Source of the DNA: Leptogorgia sarmentosa
Lineage: Eukaryota
NCBI GenBank assembly: GCA_964658305.1
Contig: OZ210885.1
Span: forward strand, 24,676,001 to 24,740,000
Direction of reading: 5' to 3'
Length of the DNA: 64,000 bases
This document shows, in pieces, positions 12,801 to 25,360 of the stretch. The notes beneath the pieces are model-generated. The model ran no database searches. It worked only from the letters and a program-made list of their open reading frames with translations, and was not told the origin of the DNA. Made by a program: the position numbers and the translations under genes. How positions within the stretch are numbered: the first letter of the stretch is position 1; the number at the start of each line of letters is the position of its first letter.

Positions 12801-15061
12801 CTAATGACTTGCTAAACAGTATCCATATTTTTTACATAAAAATTAGATACCTGCATGTTAGTAAATCAATTGACATCTTAACTGACATCTTATGAAATAT
12901 ACCTGTATCTCATATGTTGGTTATTACAACCCTTGCTGATGATATTCAAAACTTCTTCTTCATCATAAACATGCGATTCACTAGCAGGTAATTTGGACAT
13001 ACAACCCTTGTAAACATCATCTGTGTAACTTTCACAGGATTGTACAGCATCCTTGTTTAGATTGATAGTGCATACTTCCATAGCATCTTCTACACTCGCA
13101 TTGTGTTGCTCTTTAACAACTTCTTCGATAAACTTTTTCTCTGAGAATGATTTCACAAGCTCATTTTTCCACACAATTACCTTTTTGTCAAACGATTGGG
13201 ACATTTTCTCTTGCATGTTGTTCATGGTAAGAGGGTGACTAGCCATACCTAAAAATTTAAAATGCATGAAAATAGTTAATAAAAGGAACAATAAGCAGCG
13301 TCTTGAAAGACGTCAAAGAACACTTCGATTATTTTTAACGAGGATAAATATCATAAAAATAAGTGTATATATGGGCTACCCAAAATTAAAAAAAATATAT
13401 ATTGGCTCGCCAGAATCAGACTGCATTATTCTGAGGGTGTCCCAAAATATAAACGCCAAATCGTATAGTTTATCAACAATTATTCGATCTAAATTACAAC
13501 ATAGTACATAGTTACTTACAAATTTACAAACAAACGTTTACTAGTACAGACACAACTTACTTCTTGGCTCCTTCCCTCAAAATATATACAAATATGAACC
13601 ACAAAATCCCGCAATAAATCTTAATTAATGTTTCCTTTGTCCGTCAACGTGCTTCGCCTTTTTTGTCAATCACATGACCCGAACATAAATTATACACAAA
13701 CGTCACATAAATTATACTAAACAGAACATATATATATATATATATAACTTCGCAAAACTTTCTTTTTTTTTTACAGCACTTTACAAGTAAATTTGAAATA
13801 AGTTAAATTCGAGATATTTTCAGTAATAATTTAATATGCACTTACCAAGCTTGTGAAAAGTTTCGATTTCGGCTTTTTTACATCCACCGGCGGTAAGTAT
13901 AACATTATTCCTATACACAAACTTTGACTTTGGAATCCAACTGTTCAAAACCGATGACAAGGCAAGCACTGTCTTGCTAATAGCTGTTTTTGGAGATTTT
14001 TTACCCGCAGTGTTCGCTATAAAACCGTACGTGAGAGGTAGTTTTTCCTGACAATCGTTTATCAAGTCAATCCCTTTATACTCTGCAAGCTTCTGAAAGG
14101 AATCATCAAAACGGAAAACAGACGATTTCATTTTGGAGTAGTTTTTTAATTCGGTCCGAGCTTCAGCATCAATTTTTTTCAACAAAAAATCTTTCATGTT
14201 CGGATGTGTAAATGCTGCGTATGCTGCAGTTTTGTAGTTCTTCACTGCCAGATTTCTCACAAGTATTTTTTCCACTCCCTCGCATTCACGTTCGATTATT
14301 CTGGTCTTATAACCAACGAATATCTATAAAGACAAATTGTGATGATCGTGAGAAATAAAGTTGGAATTTTAGATTCTGGAGATTCACTCTAAGCACTCAA
14401 GAGAAACATAATTATTCAGTATAATTATTGAATTGAAGTTTGTACTTCAGTACCTGAAAAGCTTATAGTGCGACTGACGTACCTTGACAATGGGAGATGA
14501 TTGGGTTCCATCTTCAGTCACGGGTAAGTTCATCAAATTTGCGATCGCATCCTGCTCATCCTGCTCAGTTACGTTATCACGAACGGACGCAGCGCTTGAT
14601 AAATTCAATCGTTTTCGTGCAATCTGACTTGACGCCCTTGGTCGTGTTGTTGTCTTTGCGTGAGGGCTTAGACCAGTTGGAGAAAAAAATTGCTGTCTTT
14701 TTCAAATACGTGCATTTGGTGAAGATGGAGGCGTTTCAGGCGTCCCAGGCGTTCCCACGTTGGAGGAAAGTGAGCCATTCTTTTTTACTACTTCGCATAT
14801 TTCCATAAATGTATTGTATGTACTTGTAACTTTCCGCGCACATTTCTTGCAAACCGATCTGCGACTTACTGCAAAAGTATCTTTTTGAAGATGTATTCCG
14901 ATACGGGATAGAAGAACACTCAATGTAACTGTACTTAGACTTCGTCCCTTCACTAGGGTGATAATTTCTTTATTATTAGTGCTAGAGAATAGTGGAACTC
15001 TAGTGCGTGTAGTGCCTTGAATTTTAAAATTGCCGAAACAAAAGGCACACTCAGCCGACAT
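9842..15061 (-). pseudogene. Academ transposase (DUF6589-like), multi-exon, with one in-frame TGA in exon 1
   Basis: Exons include 15061-14483, 14323-13846, 13248-12903 and one starting at 12746, with further exons to 9842. Motifs: VVGDNWD, FDGDQLTEER, ADWH, DAIKHGDGYR, KYAY, NIPLDLHMEHLN. The TGA at 14704-14702 is followed by open sequence in the same frame (KRQQFFSPTGLSP). Confidence 0.85.
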
Positions 15062-16925
15062 ACTTCGCGAATGTTTACAAAACGCTATGTCTAGACGCTA
15101 AAATAGGCAAGGTCATAATTTTTATTTTTAGATGTTATTTTTAGGTGTTAAATGTGTCAATCATCATGGTTAATTATTACAAAATGCAAAGTGGGCGGAA
15201 GACGGTTTTGACAACATTTTTATCAGACCTACGTTTCGCCCCGAACCCTCACCTGCGAATTTTAGGGAGGGCGAATAAGTAGGTCTGTTTTCAGGCTAAT
15301 GAGGTCGAGGTTTGTGTTGCAAATAACACAAACTCAGGCCTTAATAATTCAGCATATCCTGTGAGAACCGAATTCAATAATCGCTTTGTTAGTTATTTGT
15401 AAATGTTAATCGGAGTAAACGCTTGCGTTTTAAACAACATTAATCTTTCTTTGATGAGGCCATCTGCATTTTCCCGCTTTTAACATAAGCAGCATAAAAT
15501 ATTCGGCGTCGATCATAATGTAATACAATTTTCAATATACCACATAATTACGTCATTATGTCGTATACGTGTTTTGCCGAACAGATATGAGGATTTCATC
15601 CACACCTCTTAACCAATCAAAACTCTTGAATTATTTGAAATAAATAATAAAATTTAATATTGAATCGGTGTCCTTCAATTTACGGTACTGCAGTTTGTAC
15701 ACACAATAGTGACAAACTTTTAAATTTACATCCATCAAATAGATAAGATATGCAGAAAAATGCTCAAAAAATGCTTTGGATGGCTATATCAGTAGTAGAT
15801 TAAACTATAATTATAAACTCCATGTATATGCCAGTTTAGTTTATTGAGACATTGAGGACGGTAAACTTTGACATAGGACACTAATTCAAGCAGGTGAGAA
15901 GACAAACTTCAGTATGCCGACAGTGCAGGTATCGAATAGCAACATCAACAAGCAGTCAAATACTACAAACAGATTCAATGTTTTGAGCAAAGGCCCTTCA
16001 TCTGAAATCAATGTGGAAATGTCTGAGAAGTTACACATGCTAATTCCTGCCAGAGGCCTTTGCTTGAGGCATTGAATCAACTGTTTGTATCGTTTAGGTA
16101 GTGGGCAGAACTTTGACTGTTTGTTTTAAAATCAAATGGAAAGACATGGTTTTTTTTTACATGAGAGAAACCAAGAAACATATAAAACCCAGAACTAATT
16201 TAATCCTCCTTTCAACATGTGATCAAACATCGTTTTTAAGTGTTAAACTCTGTACCAACAGCTAAGTTGGTCACAATGAGTGGTCATCTCATGTCAATCC
16301 AACAAGTGTGGCTAAGTGAGAATGAAGATTGTTAATTAAATTTCTTAAATATCACAACAGGAATATGTGCCCACTGGAAAAAATGTCTAGCCCATGATGC
16401 TGAGTTTTTCAAAATATTTCAGCACATACATGTGCATCTAACTGGGTAAAATATCACATGTGCTTATCACTGTGTGTGCACTGTCCAGCCATGCAAAACT
16501 CAGTACTCATGTGTTCGATCAATGTGTATGAGGCACAATAGGCAGTTTAGAACAATAAAATTGGGTTAACCTACAATTCATAGTGCACAAGACCCCACCC
16601 TGAAATTACTGCAATTCTTATATAGCAGTAATTTCATTGTTAAAATTATCAGCATCAATTCACCCTCGTCCCATTAGCTATACTGTCAGGTAGCCTGTTC
16701 TCTCAAGGTGGAGCCCAACTAATTAGAATTACTTAACCAAAAAAGTAATTTCAGACAATGTATTGCATAATGCTCTTGTGGGTGGATATACCAAATATTT
16801 TTTTCTCTAAAGGGAACTGGGAACATCTTTTCAATATCATCTTTTCAATATACATATATGTCCTTTATATCACATGCACTGACGAAGAATGTTTGGATGG
16901 TGTCCGGTCAAATATATTATATATA

Positions 16926-17442
16926 CAGGGTGTATCAAAAAAAAGTTTACTGATGAAAAACATTCTCTAAACAACGAGCGATGTCCAAAAACTGGATTTT
17001 GCGTTCTTTCCTGCGTGATTACCGATTAATTTATGCATAATTGGATATTTGCATTAATTACCAATGCAAATTGCAAGCTTATTCCCAAAGGTCCGTAATT
17101 ACGCGAAGAAATTGCGGAAAATCCAGTTTTCGGACATCTAACGTTCGTTTCAGTGTGCACCAAATTTCTCAAAACTTGAATAGCTTGTATATCATACTCC
17201 ATATTTTCATCCGATTAAATCAAATTGTGTGAAGAAAACTTATTTTTTCCGCGCAAGCCGTTTTTAATGGGCCTTTCAGTAACCACATTTCCCATTCTAA
17301 AAAAGTTTGTTTTTAAAATAAACTTAGTGCTAGATATACCAGAGGGTGTTAAACTACCCAGGCTAACCAAAAGTTTTGGAAATTTTGAGCGCTCGTTAGC
17401 TTAGAGAATGTTTTTCATCAGTAAACTTTTTTTTGATACACC

Positions 17443-17445
<3 letters not shown>
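16926..17445. mobile_element. Tc1/mariner-type MITE inserted at TA
   Basis: TIRs of about 44 bp (CAGGGTGTATCAAAAAAAAGTTTACTGATGAAAAACATTCTCTAA and its reverse complement), flanked by TA and a (TA)n tract. Shares its core with 38411-39128. Confidence 0.88.
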
Positions 17446-17482
<37 letters not shown>

Positions 17483-18719
17483 GACTACAGCAACTGCACT
17501 GTGTACACAGTATTTCAATCAAATACTTTCCTTCAATATTTTTATGGTGTGAAGCACCATGTCGATGCAGATGAATATGTGATCAGTATTATCAGTATTA
17601 AATGTTATAATATAAATACATCTATAAAAATCCAAAAATATATTCCAAATTTCGTATAATATAGTGTAGTGAACAGATTTAGTCCGAAATCTGAGCAACA
17701 TATAGTCAAGCAAACCTATAAATAAAAAGTTTATTTTCACAAACCCAGCATTAAAAACCAAATTAAAAACCAATAGTTTTATACAAAGCACCTCAACTTT
17801 TACCTGTTGTTACCTCATCCATATTCATATGAATAGCTATTGAAAATATCACAAAATGCAAATATATATTTGGCGAACTGGCACGTTTTCTTCGCTCCTT
17901 TTAGATGCGCGCCAGCGAATTGGGTGCCAAATCTGTTCAGCGATCAACATCATTAAAAATAAGGCAATAGCTTAATTTGAGGGGTTTTTTACAATTAAGA
18001 TATAGTCTTATTTTTGGAAAGAGATCATGTTGTTTTATCGACACAAACCTGCAAAATGCGTCATAATCCCGAAATTGCTTTTCTTGGTGCGCGACATATG
18101 CGTGGAACAACGATGGCGTCGAAGCATCTGTGGCCGAATGGCCGAAGTAGGCTATTATTATCAGAATTTGACGAGTTTACAGGTCTGTTGCTGTGCTTCT
18201 ATGCAAGCTATGCAAGTAAGATACCAGCGTTTGATTTAACGTTTCAAGATCTGTTTAAAGAAGTAAGTTATACCTTGCTACTTTAGCCTGTCTAGACATT
18301 ATTTGTTGATAAATTCATAAAATATGGATTCACACAAAACAGCATTATAATTTATCTGTAACTGTTATGAGGTACACATTCTTTTTTCTTCTTTTCAATC
18401 GATTGGGCTAAGGCCTAATTTTCTGTGTACAAAGTATAACACAACTAATTGAATATCAAATATACTATCCACTCTTAAACTTGCCAGTCAAACTTTCGCT
18501 GTTGTTTTATATAGTTGCATTCAAATCTACTGTAATAATAGTAGTCTGTTTACAGAATTTTTATATATTTTCCATGCAATTTTGCTTGCATCTATAGGCA
18601 TACTGTGTCTCTTTTCTCCTTCATGCATAGAAGCGTGACGAGCGTCAGTGTCAAGGAAGTATTTGTGACATAACAACTGAAATGGCATATTGTCGGTTTA
18701 TTTATTCAACTACCAACTA

Positions 18720-18955
18720 TTCGTTTGGTACTGTGGGCCCATATTGCCTAGCCCTTGCCCTAAACCACCCTGTCAACTTTCCCTGTGGGAGAAACCAGAG
18801 TACCTGGAGAAAACCCATGACTTTTGGCAGAGTGTTGACATAATCTTTTCACATGAGAAATGGGTTCAAGATGCATTGTGGGATGCACTACTGAGAATAA
18901 AACCTGGAACCTTAGAGGTGAAAGACAAGTCGTTTAACCACTTTGCCACCAGTAG
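18720..18955 (-). mobile_element. Degenerate tRNA-derived SINE-like repeat
   Basis: The minus strand begins with an A-box-like TGGCAAAGTGGTT and a B-box-like GGTTTTATTC. The body contains GTCAACACTCTGCCAAAAGTCATGGGTTTTCTCCAGGTACTCTGGTTTC, a SINE-like core. Ends are approximate. Confidence 0.55.
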
Positions 18956-19751
18956 ATATATCGTAAATGTCTTCCCCCGACAGACCAGCCGGTTGTTAAC
19001 CCATTTTATTCCAAGCTTTCACAAGTACAATTGTTGTGCATTTGAGTTAGACAAAAAACAAGGCACAATGGGCCACATTTCTGTTAAATGGGTAAAAAAG
19101 AGACATGGGCTGATAGTTTTATTAACCCATTAAAGCTTCAAAGGCTCTGTCTGGATAAGTAAAATAGCATGGTATTAGACACAGCAAAGTAACAAAGTAG
19201 GGCACCTGGAAGCATTGCTGTTTAACCCATGCATTGAGGGGCAGTATTCTTTCACTAAGATGTAAAATTATCGGGCAGTAGACAGAGTAGTATAAACGTC
19301 AGGGAGGCAATACATTGCCACTAAGTTAATGCATGATTAACCAGAAAATTGATAGTTAATTTGTAGTTAACCCTTAGCTATGCCCTTTAAGAGTAAAATT
19401 ATCTGGTGTTAGATAATAAAGTAAAATAACAAAGTAGTGGAGTACGTTGCTGCTTAACGGGTTAACATTTATATGGCATCAGACACAGTTCAATAACAGT
19501 ATGGTTTGCTGGTTGGACTTGCAAGTTCATCCAAATGGTAGCACTGTCTACCTGCATGACTGTGAATACAACTCTTTTACAACATTCTACTCAAACTTCC
19601 GGGAACCATTCTATGTACAGAATGCACAATGGTTTGATTTAGTCTTCTGTTTGGACAAAATGTCCAATTAAGCATGGACAAACTGGAATTTGGTCAAAAA
19701 ATGTCTGACAGTTGCAAGGGCCAAAGTTGAGCTAGTCTGCGAACAGGCTCC

Positions 19752-19910
19752 CAAGAAGGGGGTGAATATTCATATATTTATGTTCTACCTGAAAAATGTC
19801 TTGGAAATCAGTTGTTTTTAAGTTCACTTCAAATGAAATTAGTTGGGCAGAGCACGAATATATGAATATTCACCCTGCCCCCAATTAACATTCTAGTTTT
19901 GCCCTTGGGC
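19752..19910. repeat. Small degenerate MITE-like remnant
   Basis: Inverted pair GGTGAATATTCATATATT (about 19761) and AATATATGAATATTCACC (about 19857). No TSD established. Confidence 0.4.
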
Positions 19911-20406
19911 ATCTTGGATGGTTGCTTCAGGATTCCGCTATAGAGCATCAACTGAGCGACAAATTCTCAATAATAGAAATATGTAATTAACCCAACATGT
20001 TATATGAAAATATGAAAATTACAACTAAGGCTCTCTGCTATAAGTATTAATGAATAAGTCAGCTTTCTTAGATATATGCATGATTTTGTCTAGCATTCAA
20101 ATATGTATGAATAATAATTGGATGAAAAAGCAAGACAAGCAAAAACTCAAATAATCTGTGTTTTGTTCTTTATAACAAAACAACCAATAGTACAATCAAA
20201 AACTGACTCAGTCATGAAGTGGTATATCCACAGACAGTCAAGGTTCATGCAAACATAACCTGCTTATAAACAAAACGAATCAATAATGATATACATCATC
20301 ATATAAACATAACTAAGTTTCAGGTACATAGTATATACAGACAAACGCTGTTACCATGTTCAGAGAAATCAGAAATATCAACAGTCAACAGTTTTAGTCA
20401 GTTTAT

Positions 20407-21504
20407 TCAGCTATTCGCTGAGTCGCTGACTTGCATATGTATGACTAATTTGTCGTCCATTGCAAGTTTAAAAACGACTTTCTTTACTTGGAGCAGAGTC
20501 TCTACAATCATCTTTCTTGGGAGATGCGATGTGTCAGTGTCCTCAATGTTGTAATCTTGTGTTGCTTTAACAGAAGTGAACATTGCATTTAGAACCTGGC
20601 CAGAACAATGAAAACGACCTTTATTCTCGCCACTTTCGTCGACAATAACGATATTGGCACTGACGCTTTTCTTCAGATCTTCTGTCATAGTCGTTACGTT
20701 GCAGGTACGACATTCGATGAATTTTTCTGTCGACTCAGGAATCCGGCTTCTGCAAGAAAGGCAAACATGTGCGAAGGATACATCAACAGCCAGCACTCGA
20801 CCAGTCACGTCTACCGCTTCCTTGACTTTGGGTTTCATTTCCTCGGCTGCTGCGATTACTTCTGGTGGTATTTCTACGACTTTAATCTCTTTCACCAAGG
20901 ATTCTGGCGTGCCATTCAGACACCGTTTATTAAAGTAGGCCACTTTGAATTTCTGGAAGACATACGACTCGCCCTCGGATACAGTTGGGATCATTTTCTC
21001 CCAAATCGTTGCTTCGATTACAGCACTTGTGTCAGCCAGGATCAATTGACATTTATCCAGATCTTTCCTAAATGCGTGAGAAAAGACCCTTTCTGTTTGT
21101 CCTTTCCAAATTACTTTCGCTTCGATGGACACGACGTCGCCAGTAAAGCTGGACCAGAGTAAATTGCTGATCAACAGTGGACCCTTGTCGCCGGCAGGTT
21201 TGCTCCATGGAAACGAAATATTCTTGGTTCGCATGACCTTCGAAGTATTGTTCATTATATACTCGATATTCTCCGGTTCAAATTTACGTTTCTTCTGGGA
21301 TACGTTAAAGATTTTGACTGGTGACTTTTTCTGCTCGTTTTCTTTTATGTTTTGACGTTTGTCTGGACTAAAGCAAACCACATGCCTATTTATGTCTTTC
21401 CCCTGGATTTTGAAATCGAAGTATCTGTTGCCCGACGACGGCGTTTTTACGTCGGAGACTTCATGGATGTAACCTTCGACGTCTTCTTTTTTTCTTTCAG
21501 CCAT
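20407..21504 (-). CDS. RPA70-like multi-OB-fold ssDNA-binding protein (365 aa, intronless, intact), probably a Helentron accessory gene
   Basis: OB-fold-like segments (VEGYIHEVSDVK...YFDFKIQ; VSIEAKVIWK...LILADTSAVIEATIWE) and a CxxC-x12-CxxC zinc motif (CLSC...CRTC) as in RPA70 DBD-C. Lies head-to-head with the Rep-Hel ORF. Confidence 0.7.
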   Translation of the reverse strand: MAERKKEDVEGYIHEVSDVKTPSSGNRYFDFKIQGKDINRHVVCFSPDKRQNIKENEQKKSPVKIFNVSQKKRKFEPENIEYIMNNTSKVMRTKNISFPWSKPAGDKGPLLISNLLWSSFTGDVVSIEAKVIWKGQTERVFSHAFRKDLDKCQLILADTSAVIEATIWEKMIPTVSEGESYVFQKFKVAYFNKRCLNGTPESLVKEIKVVEIPPEVIAAAEEMKPKVKEAVDVTGRVLAVDVSFAHVCLSCRSRIPESTEKFIECRTCNVTTMTEDLKKSVSANIVIVDESGENKGRFHCSGQVLNAMFTSVKATQDYNIEDTDTSHLPRKMIVETLLQVKKVVFKLAMDDKLVIHMQVSDSANS

Positions 21505-22439
21505 TTCGCCTCGGCTTTTTGTTGTCGTTTTTGAGGGTTTTTCACTTTTTCTGTATAATTTTTACGCACCAGCAACTGAACCGCCTCACGAAAATACGAA
21601 ATGATAAACCGCACGTGCGTGCCTGCAAATACAGGTTCCGATCTCAGTGGTTCCGATTGGCTAATGAAGCAGAACCGGAAAAACAGGCTCACTTTTTGTC
21701 TAAGTATATGCAGGCTCATGCGACAACTAGAGAAAAATACCCTCGGCAAAAGTAAGTTATTTGTAGAAAATTCGTAGCTTTTTGCCTTTTTCTTTGAACT
21801 CACTAAACGTGTAATTTAGTAGCGTTGAATGCGCCGATGTTTTGCATGAATTGGCAAGCACAGTTCGTCATGCCAATGCTCGCTGATGACCACGCAAGAT
21901 GAATCGCAAGATACTTCGCAAGATGACTTTCCCTAGTAACACTAGGAACTGACAAGTAATATTGCAGGCTCATGCGTTATGTTTTGGAACTTGTTTGTCT
22001 TTGAGTCTTTCGTAAGTCGTATTTATAGGTTGCTGCATGTCGCAGTGCACGTGTCAGTGTCGTCGAAGATATGCAATCACTGCTATACCAGCCTACGGCA
22101 ACAACTCGAAATATTTATCAAATGTGCTCGTATCACATACATAAACTTACAGCACTATTTGTGAGAAAGCCTACACTAAAATTCGTAGAGCACACTTTTC
22201 GATCAGGGCCAATGATTCACAAATACCAAAATACCGAAAGGTACTTTTACATTGCTATCAAACCTCTTTTGTTTAAATTACAATTTTACTCATTGAGTAT
22301 GTTTATAACGCATAGAAAGCATCAGAAGCGAATTTTATACACTCTACAAAACAAAATAAATGCTCTTTGGAGGGCGAAGGGTCAGAAGGGCCTTCATGTC
22401 ATGAATATTTATTACACTCGCGTGGTGTATTACAACAAC

Positions 22440-24776
22440 ATGGCGTTTTATACAAACGAAGTTCGTGTAACGCTATTTATTGATTCAAGTACATGCACAG
22501 ACAATACTGCAATGCTTTCTGACAAGAACATACGATACGATGACTGAAAAAAGAAAGGACATACCATCAATAACTGTCCTACTATTGGCAAACAAAGTCA
22601 AGGTTCGAGTATAAAGCATTTCCAACACTCACGGTATTTTCACTTTCAAACTATTGTATTATTTTCTCATTTTGATAGTAGTGTGAGACAGTACGTAAAG
22701 ACCAGATATTTTGAAACCCACAAACAAAGGGCATTGCTGAATCATATTTTTCCAGGTTTCTTTCTGAAACTTTCTTTTTACCCTGCAAGTGATAGGCAGG
22801 ATTTAGCAATTCAGCATGTGTACAAGAGTTTAACTCACATAAAAAGTGTTTGTCAGTCTGCACTTTATTCTGATATTGAAACTAATCCCGGTCCCCCATT
22901 TTATATCGATCCTACTGTTACAATAAAGGCACCATACAGCCAAGGTAGTGTAAGCATATTTGGAGAAACAATGTCTAGGAATGTGTCTGTGTGCTCTAAT
23001 ATATAACAAAAGGCGGCCTATTTGCTTGCCAGAGGACCTAATTCAAATAATGGCTGTTGGCAATGAGTTATATTTAAGCCTGTCCCAGTCAGCAGGTCAA
23101 ACGTTTCTAATGTTTTCCAAGTTTTCCATCACAACTTACAGTTTTCGACACAGATTATATACTGGAGTATAGTGAAAGCTATAGTGGTATAATAATTGGA
23201 GACTGTTATCTTGATGGATATCAGTACTGTGTGCCATTTCACAGAGCATTTGAATTGCTACTGGCTGAAAACTATTCTTCATTCATCTTAACAATCAACA
23301 GTAATGCTGTTTGCATATATTGTACTTGTTATGGAAAATATAAAATTTTTGACTCGCATTCAAGGGATATTTATGGGCAAAGTAATCCACAAGGTACATG
23401 TGTGTTGTTAGAAGCAGCTAGCATTGATCATGTTATTCTACATTTCCAATCCTTATACAATGAAAACAGTCAATTTGAGATAAAAGGTGTAAATATTCAG
23501 CAAGTTAGTGCCTCAGATATTAACCAGAACTTGCTTGACAATGTTGAAAACTCTGATTTCAAAGAATTTGAATCTGTACATGAGCAGAACTTAACTAACA
23601 ATACAGGAACCTCTGACATGACACCTTCTAATGTCTTCTCAGACACTGAAAGTGCTAACTTTTCTTGCTGGTGTTTACAATGCTGTGCCGTTTCATTGTA
23701 TTCCATTTGCTACTCCACTGTGAAGCCATGTAATTACTGGAATGAAACTACAGTGACTGAAATTGCTTACTTTGGTACTATTTTGTACAATAACACAGGA
23801 ATGCACACTCGTACTGATCTTCCTAGAAAGGTTGAAATATGTGGAGCTGAAGTCCATGTAACATTACAGAATCATTTTGAAGGGGTAGTTAATAACAATT
23901 TAGAAACTCAATTAAATATACTAGAAAGTTTCATATGTAATAGCAGTGAAAGTTCTGGTTTTTTACTTTGGCTTGGAAATTATTGTATTTCTTGCATATT
24001 TCATGGAAGATCAAGGGAAAAGTTGTATTCAGTATTAGCATATGATGGTGCAGATAACCCACCAGCTATATGCTTCTATAAAAATGCAACTGACAAGCAC
24101 ACTTTAATGAAAACACTCTTTAACCTAGCACATGACAAAATTAGGGGAGAATGTACTAATTATGAAATTCAATTTCTATCTTGTTCTTCTGAAGTAACTG
24201 ACATTGAAAGAAAAAGGGTTATGAGAAAACACACACAACACTATCACAATGATAACATAGCACCAGCACAAAAGAAACAAAAGTTAGAAAAACAGAAAAT
24301 ATGGCACAACAATATGCCATGGGAAGATTTAAAAGAACAACCACAAATAGACATGTACATTGAAAAATTTAAAAAGCAAATTAAAGCTGGTCCATTTTAT
24401 ATCTGCTGTGTGTGCAACCGGACATTATATAGAAACTCTGTAATCATCTTAAAGAAAAGTAAGTATATCCGCCAGGATTGTTTTATGATTCAATTTTCTT
24501 TTGATGGCAAAGGGTACATCTGCAAAACTTGTGATGCTAAACTAGTGAAGGGGCAGAAACCATGTCAAGCTGTTGTGAATAACTTATTTGTTGATGAAAC
24601 CCCTGCTGAACTTGCTGCATTAGAGAAACTTGAACAGATCCTGGTTGCGCAGAGAATAGTCTTTGAGAAAATCGTAATAATGCCAAAAGGACAACAAAGA
24701 AAAATTAAAGGAGCTATATGCAATGTGCCAGTAGAGTGTGATCAAACATACAATATTCTACCTAGGCCACCTGATA
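22440..24776 (+). pseudogene. Helentron polyprotein part 1: leader, 2A-like motif, C76-like cysteine protease domains, Cys-rich/DUF6570-like region
   Basis: ATG at 22440, in-frame TGA at 22545, DIETNPGP at 22872-22895, then APYSQG...QCLGMCL...GNELY and KIFDSHSRD, YICCVCNR, ICKTC, GQQRKIKGAICNVP. Frameshifts near 22970 and 23125. Interrupted by the hAT at 24777. Confidence 0.8.
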
Positions 24777-25360
24777 CAGGGGCGGATCCACGGTAGTTTC
24801 CGTAGTTTCCAGAAACTACTGAAAATTTTTAAATGATCTTTTTAAATTAATGTTATAATATGCGTTGCTAATTTGAGGTGATTTTAAGGGCATTTTGTCA
24901 AAATTTTCTGCAAGAATTTTGGTGTTTTTTTTGTCGAAATAGTGGCTTTTTCGTCGAAAATGTAAGTGAAAATTATCAAAAACGCGGGGAAACCGGCCAG
25001 CTATGCGTAGAAGTTTGGGAACTAGCAGGAAACTACTGAGCTTCGAGGAAACTCTTCTCTGATTGGTCGGAAACACCCTGGCCTCGTCTCTTATTGGCCG
25101 GAAACTACTGAGGAAACTACCGAGAAAAGTATAAATACCTAAGCCTACCCCGGTTAGGTTCTCTGTTTTGTAATGACATTGTTGATTTCAACTGTAGTTG
25201 ATTAGTTTCATTCATTTCTACGTTCGAATTTGAGAAGAAAGCTCAAGTTGTAAGTTTTTCTAAAGATTATTGAAATTTAGCTTGTTGAGTAATTATCTTC
25301 GTTCGACGTTAGCGAATAATATTAAAATTAAGATCGATCAATATTTAGGTTTCCGCTTGA

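Larger units (their letters stand above)
7296..15298. mobile_element. AcademH-type DNA transposon (helicase-encoding Academ), full length, about 8.0 kb
   Basis: 99-bp TIRs starting TAGCCTGAAAACAGACC (7296-7394 and 15200-15298, 2 mismatches seen). 9-bp TSD ATGAGGTCG at 7287-7295 and 15299-15307. Contains convergent RecQ-like and transposase genes. Confidence 0.93.

Noticed and set aside
15886..16100. Possible isolated exon
   Set aside because: No recognisable motif or consistent splice partners were found.
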